Source: an uncultured Candidatus Saccharibacteria bacterium (GTDB lineage: Bacteria > Patescibacteriota > Saccharimonadia > Saccharimonadales > CAZVRA01). From it: DNA of 64,000 bases. A program made the translations under genes and the position numbers. The stretch is from NCBI GenBank assembly GCA_964630055.1, contig CAZVRA010000002.1, positions 15,021 to 79,020 on the forward strand, read 5' to 3'. Below, piece after piece: positions 56,756 through 64,000 of the stretch. How positions within the stretch are numbered: position 1 is the first letter of the stretch; every line of letters starts with the position of its first letter. The notes beneath the pieces are model-generated. The model did not search any database, had not been told where the DNA came from, and worked only from the letters and a program-made list of their open reading frames with translations.

Positions 56756-57883
56756 ATGTCTGCCGAAACAACGCCGACCGAAGTAATTTTTGGAGTTAGT
56801 GATTTTGTTGCTGCCCTAAATCAAACACTAGATTACGCCTATGGCCGGGTGTGCATAAAGGGGGAGATAGCTAATTTTAGAATCAGCAAAAATCGTTGGG
56901 TATACTTTAGTCTCAAAGATGAATCTTCCAGCGTAGCTTTTTTTGGTAGCATTTACCAAATGTCTATGCCGCTAGGCGACGGCATGCTAGTGCGGGTATG
57001 GGGCATGCCGCGTCTTCATAATCTTTATGGGTTTTCGGTGAGTTTTCAGCAAGTCCAGCCGATTGGTCAGGGCTCAATTAAAAAGTCTATGCTGCTGCTT
57101 AAGGCCAAACTAGAGGCCGAAGGTTTATTTGATGTATCGCGCAAAAGGCAGTTGCCTTGGGCGCCCAAAAGGATTGCGCTTATTACCTCTGCTAACTCGG
57201 CCGCCTATGCCGACTTTATAAAAATATTACAACAGCGCTGGGGAGGTGTAGAGGTGGGGCTGTACGACGTCCAGGTACAGGGCGAGGCCGCCATAGATCA
57301 AATTACTGCTGCACTAGCTGCTTGTAATTCGGCAGCCGAGCTGGCCGAAGTAGTAATTATGGTGCGAGGTGGTGGTAGTGCCGACGATCTGGCCGTGTTT
57401 AGCTGTGAACCGATAGTGCGTGCCGTAGCTAGTAGCCGTATACCGACTTTGGTGGCAATTGGTCACGAGATTGACACCAGCCTGGCCGAACTAGCGGCCG
57501 ATGTTAAGGCTAGCACACCGAGTAACGCTGCTGAGCTGCTTGTGCCAGACAAAAAGCACGAATTACAGGCGCTACAAAATGCCAAACGCAGCCTTGATTC
57601 ATCACTAGCTAGCCCTTTGTCTCAGCTGAATAATTGGCTATCTTTAGTAAAAAAACAGTTTAACCATTTTTTATTGACCAGCGCCGAGGCAACAGCTACG
57701 GCTTTAGGGCAGCGGGCCTCTCTTTTAAAAGCCCTGGATCCAGAGGCGCCCCTAAAACGCGGCTATGGGTTGGTGCGTTGGCACAAAACTGGCAAAATAC
57801 TCAAATCAGTTTCGGGCGTGGAGCCGGGTTCTAATGTAGATATACAGTTGGTCGATGGAATATTAAATACTAGGGTACAATAA
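56756..57883 (+). CDS. xseA: Exodeoxyribonuclease VII large subunit
   Basis: N-terminal OB fold (VSDFVAALNQTL...VCIKGEIANF), ITSANSAAYADF and VRGGGSADDL motifs. Confidence 0.9.
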   Translation: MSAETTPTEVIFGVSDFVAALNQTLDYAYGRVCIKGEIANFRISKNRWVYFSLKDESSSVAFFGSIYQMSMPLGDGMLVRVWGMPRLHNLYGFSVSFQQVQPIGQGSIKKSMLLLKAKLEAEGLFDVSRKRQLPWAPKRIALITSANSAAYADFIKILQQRWGGVEVGLYDVQVQGEAAIDQITAALAACNSAAELAEVVIMVRGGGSADDLAVFSCEPIVRAVASSRIPTLVAIGHEIDTSLAELAADVKASTPSNAAELLVPDKKHELQALQNAKRSLDSSLASPLSQLNNWLSLVKKQFNHFLLTSAEATATALGQRASLLKALDPEAPLKRGYGLVRWHKTGKILKSVSGVEPGSNVDIQLVDGILNTRVQ

Positions 57884-57888
57884 ATAGC

Positions 57889-58110
57889 ATGACTAAAATG
57901 ACCAAACCAAAAACTAGCAGCAGTCAATCAATTGATTATACCGCGCTCAAGACAGAGCTAGATAATCTGCTGCAAGCATTACAATCGGGCGAGTTAGAAT
58001 TAGACGAAGCCATAGCTACTCATAAACGCGGACAAGACATAATCAACCAGCTCGAAGCTTACCTTAAAACCGCTCAAAATAAGATAAAAAAGGTTGTATC
58101 GGCTAGCTAG
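57889..58110 (+). CDS. xseB: Exodeoxyribonuclease VII small subunit
   Basis: 73 aa helical protein (LDNLLQALQSGELELDEAIATHKRGQDIINQLEAYL) directly after xseA. Confidence 0.8.
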   Translation: MTKMTKPKTSSSQSIDYTALKTELDNLLQALQSGELELDEAIATHKRGQDIINQLEAYLKTAQNKIKKVVSAS

Positions 58111-58130
58111 CCCGTGCTACCATAACCATT

Positions 58131-58778
58131 ATGAATGGGCGTAGTAATATAAGCACGATTTTAGCTGGTGTATTTGGTTGCTTATTTTTGGTCGCTGCTG
58201 GCTTTGGTGTCTGGGCTTTTATGGGTCGTCAAGATTATAAGAATAATGTTGACCAAAAAATCACTGCTGCCATTGCTGTGGCTCAGCAACAGACTAGCGA
58301 CAAGAAAGATGCCGAATTCTTGGAGCGCGAAAAAACTCCCTTTAGAATATACGGCGGGCCTTCTGCTTATGGTAGCGTATCTATAACTTACCCAAAAACT
58401 TGGAGCGCCTATGTTGATGAAACGGGCAAGAGCAGCTTACCTGTCGATGGTTATTTTAACCCCGCGACTGTTCCTGGAATACAAAGCGGATCTAACTTTG
58501 CTATTCGTTTGCAAGTTATCAATCAACAGTATGCTCAAGAAATCCGTAGTCTAGACTCTGGCATAAAAGCTGGCAAGTCCAAGGCTAGTCCGTATGTGCC
58601 GCCCAAAGTGTCCACAGTAACAGGCATAAGAGTTGACGGCGAGGTGACACCCAACAAAAAGGGGTCAATGGTCATTTTGCCAATGTGCGATAAAACTCTA
58701 AAGGTTTGGGCTGAGTCTGATCGGTTTGTTGGTGATCTCGACAAAATTATATTGCCAAATCTTGTTTTTGTTCCCTAA
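58131..58778 (+). CDS. Membrane-anchored extracytoplasmic protein, unknown function
   Basis: 215 aa with a single N-terminal TM and then a soluble beta-rich domain. No recognisable motif. Confidence 0.5.
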   Translation: MNGRSNISTILAGVFGCLFLVAAGFGVWAFMGRQDYKNNVDQKITAAIAVAQQQTSDKKDAEFLEREKTPFRIYGGPSAYGSVSITYPKTWSAYVDETGKSSLPVDGYFNPATVPGIQSGSNFAIRLQVINQQYAQEIRSLDSGIKAGKSKASPYVPPKVSTVTGIRVDGEVTPNKKGSMVILPMCDKTLKVWAESDRFVGDLDKIILPNLVFVP

Positions 58779-58927
58779 AGTTTTTAATCCGATTAGTTAT
58801 GTGCGGCTATATTTTTCTAGCATAAGCATTTTGTGTGCATAATTAGCAAATTCATTGCCCAATTTAGTACCAAGTAGTATACTATCTTATAGATAAGGGG
58901 CGATTAAGGGGCAGGGTCGGAAAAAAT

Positions 58928-59710
58928 ATGGCAGGGCAGCAGAACCAAGAAATTGAACAAAAAAAGTGTTCTGATCTGGCTCTTCATAATGCTATTATTT
59001 TGACTGCCGAAGAGCTAAAAATACCCCTGTTACAAATTAGCCATCAAGCAGAGCTGGGACATCAAGTGATACCTCACGAGACTCTCCAGATTATAAAATC
59101 TACAGCATCTCAATCACTAGAAGAATTAGACGATCTGCTAGACGCTCTTAGACTGCAGCAATCAATTTTGCAAGATGGATTAGTGCCAGTATCGGCAGGG
59201 GCAGCTTTGCAGGATGTAGCTCATGATCTATGGCCTCTCATGCAAGATAGCAACTCGCAGATAGAGCTAACAGGCACTATTCAGCAGCCAATTTTGGCGC
59301 ATCCAAAGGCACTCCGGCTGGCTTTAAAAAGTTTGGGCAGAGAACTCATCAATTCTACCAACAATTATGGAGCGCATGGCTCACCGCAGACTCCAAGGCA
59401 GAGCAATGTTTTTCGGCTAGCGGCCCATAAAAGCCGTTGGGGAATTGTCATGGGCATGTACGTGTCATCGAGTGCTAATACAAATAACGCGAGCACTTCA
59501 TTAAACACCAAAACACTTCGTCAAGCCTATGGCTCGAGCATGCAGAGCAGATGGCCGTTTAGGCAAATTGCGCCCAGCGGCGGTGCTGGCATAATGGTGG
59601 CAAACAGCCTTTTTGGTGCCATGCAAACTTCGGTGCATGTGTCTCGATTCCGGCGGCAAACCGGTTTTGCTGCTACGCTATCTCCCAGTCATCAATTAAG
59701 CCTAGTTTAG
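58928..59710 (+). CDS. Degenerate histidine-kinase-like protein (DHp + decayed HATPase), soluble
   Basis: AEELKIPLLQISHQAEL aligns with the H-box SHELRTPLTAILGYAEL, with the phospho-His position occupied by Glu28. N-box-like LRLALKSLGRELINST and G2-like SGGAGIMVANSLFGAM are present, but no DxGxG G1 box. Confidence 0.45.
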   Translation: MAGQQNQEIEQKKCSDLALHNAIILTAEELKIPLLQISHQAELGHQVIPHETLQIIKSTASQSLEELDDLLDALRLQQSILQDGLVPVSAGAALQDVAHDLWPLMQDSNSQIELTGTIQQPILAHPKALRLALKSLGRELINSTNNYGAHGSPQTPRQSNVFRLAAHKSRWGIVMGMYVSSSANTNNASTSLNTKTLRQAYGSSMQSRWPFRQIAPSGGAGIMVANSLFGAMQTSVHVSRFRRQTGFAATLSPSHQLSLV

Positions 59711-59731
59711 CTATTTTGGGGCATTATACGA

Positions 59732-60130
59732 ATGAATATAATAGTTATCGAGCCTCATAAAACCATCCGACAGGCTTGTGTGTTGGCGCTTGAACGACGC
59801 GGCCACCAAGTTGCTGCCACAGAAAGTGCTCAAAGTGCCATTACAAGCATAGATAGCAATTTACCAGATTGCATAGTGCTAGAGCTGCTTTTGCCGACCC
59901 ATAATGGCATAGAGTTTCTGTACGAATTACGGTCTTATGTAGATTGGCAGTCGGTGCCGGTAGTTATTTACTCGTTGGTGCCGGAAAATATTATGCACAA
60001 TCGGGTAATTGCCTCATTTATGGGCGAGGTGTTTTATTTGTATAAACCCAAAACCTCGCTGGCTCAGCTTGTCCAGACCGTAGAAGATACCGCCCAAAAG
60101 ACTAGTAGCAAAAGTAGCAGCGGCCAATAA
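59732..60130 (+). CDS. Atypical receiver domain lacking the phospho-acceptor Asp
   Basis: 132 aa. Receiver fold retained (VVIYSLV Ser, YLYKP Lys), but the acidic pocket reads IEPH instead of EDD and the acceptor site reads VLELLLP (Glu51) instead of LD. Confidence 0.6.
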   Translation: MNIIVIEPHKTIRQACVLALERRGHQVAATESAQSAITSIDSNLPDCIVLELLLPTHNGIEFLYELRSYVDWQSVPVVIYSLVPENIMHNRVIASFMGEVFYLYKPKTSLAQLVQTVEDTAQKTSSKSSSGQ

Positions 60131-60141
60131 TTTAAATTTTT

Positions 60142-60834
60142 ATGAAGTATATAACCACACCGGCAATAATATTGGCTCGGACTAATTGTGGCGAAGCCGA
60201 CCGCATACTGACGGTTATTACCCCTAGTAACGGCAAGCTCAGAATCTACGCCAAAGGCGTCCGAAAATTAAAAAGCAAACTGGCTGCAGGGTTAGAGCTT
60301 TTAAGCATCAGCTCTTTGACTTTACTAAGAGGCAAAAGTGACTTACTAACAATAACTTCATCAAAATTAGATCATCATTTTGTAAATATTGTCGGTAACC
60401 TTGCACGGACTACTTTGGCCTACGAGGCGATCAAATTGGTTAATCGTAACACCGAAGATGTTGTGGAGCAGGAATATTTTGATTTGTTACACAATTTACT
60501 TAAATCTTTAGACGATACTTCAAATTCGACCGATATAATTTGGCTGTGGTTTTGCTGTCGTTTATTGGTAATATCGGGCCACGGCCTTAATCTTAGAACC
60601 GACACAGAGGGCAGATCTTTAGATTCTGATGCCCGATATAATCTAAGTTACGCCGACATGACTCTAGAATTATACCCAGAAGGTCTATTAGATGCCGACG
60701 ATATAAAAGTTTTGCGTCTAGCTAGTGCTTGTGATCAGCCATCTGTTTTGGGCAGGGTAAGTATTGCATCAGAGCGGGTAAAAAACTTATCGGCTCTACT
60801 AGACAATATTACTCGCAGCACCCTTCGGTCGTAA
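60142..60834 (+). CDS. recO: DNA repair protein RecO
   Basis: 230 aa. N-terminal OB fold pattern TPAIILARTNCGEADRILTVITPSNGKLRIYAKGVRK. Confidence 0.85.
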   Translation: MKYITTPAIILARTNCGEADRILTVITPSNGKLRIYAKGVRKLKSKLAAGLELLSISSLTLLRGKSDLLTITSSKLDHHFVNIVGNLARTTLAYEAIKLVNRNTEDVVEQEYFDLLHNLLKSLDDTSNSTDIIWLWFCCRLLVISGHGLNLRTDTEGRSLDSDARYNLSYADMTLELYPEGLLDADDIKVLRLASACDQPSVLGRVSIASERVKNLSALLDNITRSTLRS

Positions 60835-60859
60835 TTATAATTGTGTTATACTACCCCTT

Positions 60860-62206
60860 ATGGACGACATAATAAGTTTATGCAAACGCCGGGGATTTGT
60901 TTACCCAGGTAGCGACATTTATGGCGGCGAAGCCGGTCTTTATGATTTTGGCCCGTACGGTGTAGAGCTGCTAAACAACATTAAAAAATCTTGGTGGCGG
61001 CGCAATGTCTACCAAAAAGAAAATTACGTTGGCTTAGACAGCGCCATGTTCAAAAATCCTAAAGTTTGGGAGGCAAGTGGCCATGTTGGTGGTTTTTCCG
61101 ATCCTCTGGCCGAATGCAAGGAGTGCCAGACTCGTATCCGGGTCGACAAAGAATTAGCCAGCGTAGGTGTTAAGGCCGACGAAAAAATGCCGGAGGACGA
61201 GCTCAACCAACTTTTTGACACTAACCGCCCCAAAATAAAATGCCCAAATTGCGGCCAGCAAAATTTTGGCCCAGTTAAATCCTTTAACTTGCTGGTGCGC
61301 TCCAACCTGGGCGACTTTACCGGCGCCGACGAACGACCAGTTTATTTGCCGGGCGAAGCTTGCCAGGGCATTTACCTAAATTTTAATAACATTGTCGATT
61401 CTACACGCATGAAGGTTCCTTTTGGGGTGGCGCAAATTGGCAAAGCTTTTCGTAACGAAATCAGCCCGCGCAATTTTTTGTTTCGTACCAGAGAGTTCGA
61501 ACAGGCCGACACCCAGTATTTTATTCGCCCCGGTCAAAACGACGAGGCTTACAAAGCAATTAAGCAGGATCGCTGGCAATGGTACGTAGACGACCTAGGC
61601 ATTAACCAGGATAACCTGCGCTGGAGCCAGCACGACAATCTAGTTTTTTATGCCAAAGACGCTTGGGACATAGAGTATAATTTCCCAAGCTATGGCTTTG
61701 ACGAGGTCGAAGGCATACACGACCGGACCGATTACGACCTTAGTCAACACATGAAGTTTTCGGGCACTAATCTAGAATACTTTGACCCGCAAACCAATCA
61801 AAAATATATACCCTGGGTAATCGAAACTTCTATGGGCATGGGCCGAATTTTCTTGGCCGTTTTGTGCGATGCCTACACGGTCGAGGATATGGGCGATGGC
61901 CAAAAACGTACATTACTCAAGCTCAAAGCCGATCTGGCGCCTGTTCGCTACGCTATTTTTCCGCTGCTTAAAAACAAGCCAGAACTGGTAGCTAAGGCTA
62001 GGGAGGTCTATGCCCAGCTAAGTCAACGCTACGTCTGCGAATGGGACGACAACGGCAATATCGGCAAGCGCTATCGCCGCCAGGACGAAATCGGCACCCC
62101 AGAGTGCATCGTCATTGACTTCCAGACACTAGAAGACGGTACAGTAACGGTCCGCGACCGCGACACAACCGAGCAGAAGCGCCAAAAAATAGAAGACTTA
62201 ACCTAA
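60860..62206 (+). CDS. glyQS: Glycyl-tRNA synthetase (dimeric alpha2 type)
   Basis: 448 aa. CKRRGFVYPGSDIYGG start, FRNEISPR motif 2 and a C-terminal anticodon-binding domain. Confidence 0.97.
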   Translation: MDDIISLCKRRGFVYPGSDIYGGEAGLYDFGPYGVELLNNIKKSWWRRNVYQKENYVGLDSAMFKNPKVWEASGHVGGFSDPLAECKECQTRIRVDKELASVGVKADEKMPEDELNQLFDTNRPKIKCPNCGQQNFGPVKSFNLLVRSNLGDFTGADERPVYLPGEACQGIYLNFNNIVDSTRMKVPFGVAQIGKAFRNEISPRNFLFRTREFEQADTQYFIRPGQNDEAYKAIKQDRWQWYVDDLGINQDNLRWSQHDNLVFYAKDAWDIEYNFPSYGFDEVEGIHDRTDYDLSQHMKFSGTNLEYFDPQTNQKYIPWVIETSMGMGRIFLAVLCDAYTVEDMGDGQKRTLLKLKADLAPVRYAIFPLLKNKPELVAKAREVYAQLSQRYVCEWDDNGNIGKRYRRQDEIGTPECIVIDFQTLEDGTVTVRDRDTTEQKRQKIEDLT

Positions 62207-62223
62207 TAAATATAAACACACTA

Positions 62224-62252
62224 TTGACAAAAAAGCATAAGTAGTGTAGAGT
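62224..62252 (+). promoter_or_regulatory. Promoter with leaderless geometry
   Basis: TTGACA (62224-62229), 17-nt spacer, TAGAGT (62247-62252), with ATG 62260 lying 7 nt downstream. Confidence 0.5.
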
Positions 62253-62259
62253 GTTGATC

Positions 62260-62646
62260 ATGAACGATCAAAATCAAAATCCAAAAAATCAAAGTTTTAT
62301 AGACCTAAACACTAGCAATCCTAGCGAGCAAATCCATCAATTAGCGTCACAGGCTGAGTCTATTGCTCAGCCCGAAGCAGCCGAACAGGCAGAAATACAG
62401 CGGCAAATGACCGATGTCACCGTCAATAGCAGTGGTGATGATTTAACTCGTTCGCTTGAGCGCCAGCGTCCTGCCCAAGATGATGAACCTGGTTTTGACA
62501 CCAGCGTTGATCGGTCGCTAAATACACCCAACCATGACGAAATTTTTAACAAGCAGCGTGGCAATCAAACTGCCGTGGCGGCTGGTCACATAGTTAATTA
62601 CGCTCTAAGGCCAGATGCCGATCCGGCTGAACGCCCAAAACAATAA
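62260..62646 (+). CDS. Hypothetical low-complexity (Q/N/D/E-rich) protein
   Basis: Open frame. Start moved to ATG 62260 because of the promoter geometry. No TM helices and no motifs. Confidence 0.4.
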   Translation: MNDQNQNPKNQSFIDLNTSNPSEQIHQLASQAESIAQPEAAEQAEIQRQMTDVTVNSSGDDLTRSLERQRPAQDDEPGFDTSVDRSLNTPNHDEIFNKQRGNQTAVAAGHIVNYALRPDADPAERPKQ

Positions 62647-62704
62647 ACAAAAATATATAGTGCTTATGGTTGCAGCTAGAGTGTATATGGTGTAGTGTGC
62701 ATTT

Positions 62705-63406
62705 ATGTTTAAAGAAAGAGACGATTTTGGCCAAGCTAATGAATACATTACATCCGATTGGGCCGTAAATAATTTCGTGGATTTTTCTCTAAGCCCGGCA
62801 ATTGACTTTTTAGCTGGAGACGAGGGCTTTGCTGGCACAGCACCAATTGGTGAATTTTTTGAACTAAGACGCACTTGGTCTCAGGCGGGCGAGTCACTAG
62901 AAGTTAGCGCATCTATCGAGGACGGTATTGATCCAGAAGACTCCGATGACTTTGAATATAAAATACCCGGGCGCTATTTGTACATCACGATTGCCCTAGG
63001 AGAAATTTGTACCGGAGATTTATCTGATGCACTAATCAAGCAAGCTGTCGAAACTATGGAAGGCGAAATGCGGAGTAGTGGCGACGGTACTCTAGATAGA
63101 GTCTTTTTAACCGACGAGGTAAAGGCTTGGTCGCTTAAACAATATTATTTTTCGACTCATCCAGAAGAAACATTTGACTGTTATCCAAAATTCATTGTTC
63201 AAGATTCGCTAGCTAACGAAATTTGGTGTGATACAGATTGCGCCGAATACGACTACTCAGATAACCAAACCGATATGAATTATATTTTTGAGGAGTTAAC
63301 GGGCTCACTTGTTATGCCGACTAATGTTGATTTACAAAGAATAACACGTGCTTTAATTGAGGTCGGCGTGCCGGACTTTTTGCTGGATTGGCAATCCAGA
63401 ACGTAG
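62705..63406 (+). CDS. Hypothetical strongly acidic cytoplasmic protein
   Basis: 233 aa, visibly D/E-rich, with no TM helices and no motif I can name. Confidence 0.45.
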   Translation: MFKERDDFGQANEYITSDWAVNNFVDFSLSPAIDFLAGDEGFAGTAPIGEFFELRRTWSQAGESLEVSASIEDGIDPEDSDDFEYKIPGRYLYITIALGEICTGDLSDALIKQAVETMEGEMRSSGDGTLDRVFLTDEVKAWSLKQYYFSTHPEETFDCYPKFIVQDSLANEIWCDTDCAEYDYSDNQTDMNYIFEELTGSLVMPTNVDLQRITRALIEVGVPDFLLDWQSRT

Positions 63407-63501
63407 CCTATAAAACAACTGTTTATGCGCCGCCGTGGTGATATAATACGCTCAACAGTCAACATCAACACTAGATATAAATACCAGGCAAAGGAGAATT
63501 G

Positions 63502-64000
63502 ATGGACGAAAAAACAGCGGTCGAGCTGGCCGACAAAGACAGTGCGCGCGGCGATGATGATGTTTTTTTGTGGGCCAATAACCTGGTTCCTCTAAAAGAG
63601 GACGCCCAAATTGACCTATTTTTGTTTAACAAAAACGGTGTTGTTTACCGCCCCAATGTCAGCAAAGATTTGCAGGGTCAATTGCCAGCCATGATGTTGG
63701 ACGGCTTGCTAGAATATGTGCTCAGTGGCGCTGCAGAAGGTTTGGTTGTTCGCGAGTTCGAGGAAGCCGAAGACGAGGGTAATGTTTTGCAACGCACCGA
63801 ACTTAGCAACGTCACGCGGGCTGTGGAGCTTTTAAATTGGCTAACTCATCAAGAGGCCGAAATAGAGCAATTCGTAGAAGAGGAGCACGATATCAAACGG
63901 GTTAGGGGTGTGGTGGCTCGTTGTAGCCATAGCGAACTATCAAAGCCATTTTACGTAATAAAATATGTACCCAGCAGCCACATTGTTAAAGGCACCAAAA
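63502..64000 (+). CDS. Hypothetical protein, 3' end cut by window edge
   Basis: Not in the ORF track. ATG 63502 is preceded by AAGGAG (63491-63496) and an extended -10 TGaTATAAT (63439-63447). Reading by eye finds no stop through 64000 (MDEKTAVELADKD...FYVIKYVPSSHIVKGTK). Confidence 0.5.
   Translation, partial: MDEKTAVELADKDSARGDDDVFLWANNLVPLKEDAQIDLFLFNKNGVVYRPNVSKDLQGQLPAMMLDGLLEYVLSGAAEGLVVREFEEAEDEGNVLQRTELSNVTRAVELLNWLTHQEAEIEQFVEEEHDIKRVRGVVARCSHSELSKPFYVIKYVPSSHIVKGTK

Noticed and set aside
1-64000. Looked for tRNA, rRNA, CRISPR repeats, IS elements and integrases
   Set aside because: All intergenic gaps are 330 nt or shorter. No T-loop GTTCGAATC-type motifs occur in a tRNA context (the few GGTTCGA hits are inside CDSs). 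There are no regularly spaced direct repeats and no transposase- or integrase-like ORFs.
63502-64000. Calling the truncated last ORF a Kiwa KwaB defence protein
   Set aside because: The resemblance is from memory of the DUF4868 pattern only. The protein is truncated, and the preceding gene is soluble and acidic rather than a KwaA-like membrane protein. It is kept only as a low-confidence note within the terminal-block finding.

Overview
Gene-dense 64-kb window with about 70 CDS, mostly on the + strand, and many 1-4 nt gene overlaps. Content is largely housekeeping: ftsZ, nrdR-nrdJ, ileS, rplU, parAB, lepB, prfA-prmC, rpmE, rpsB-tsf, frr-uppS-rseP, proS, greA, lysS, serS, hpf, secA, prfB, ftsEX, pyrG, rpmA, xseAB, recO and glyQS. 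Several traits point to a small-genome, monoderm-like bacterium of the Patescibacteria/CPR, possibly Saccharibacteria-like; this is inference, since no search was possible. Those traits are a class II RNR with NrdR, a sortase, a PcsB-like CHAP hydrolase after ftsEX, uppS followed directly by rseP with no cdsA/dxr, and many unknown membrane proteins. I found no rRNA, tRNA, CRISPR array, transposase or integrase. Findings, most interesting first: (1) a 7-TM protein at 35651-36568 that looks like a heliorhodopsin with the Schiff-base lysine conserved, beside a sortase and two ABC exporters. (2) A T-box leader upstream of ileS whose tRNA-acceptor bulge sits inside the terminator hairpin. (3) A histidine-kinase-like / receiver pair in which both phospho-sites are replaced by Glu. 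(4) A CheY-like receiver followed by a cytoplasmic transglutaminase-core protein. (5) A GC-rich, CTG/GCG-codon block (lysS plus a YdjM-like gene) split by an AT-rich AbrB-PIN toxin-antitoxin module. (6) Two TA modules with clear repeat operators. (7) Recurrent leaderless promoter-ATG architecture. (8) An M16 peptidase whose conserved N-terminus has no canonical start codon, only a CTG overlapping the secA stop. All product calls rest on motif recognition by eye, not on database searches.
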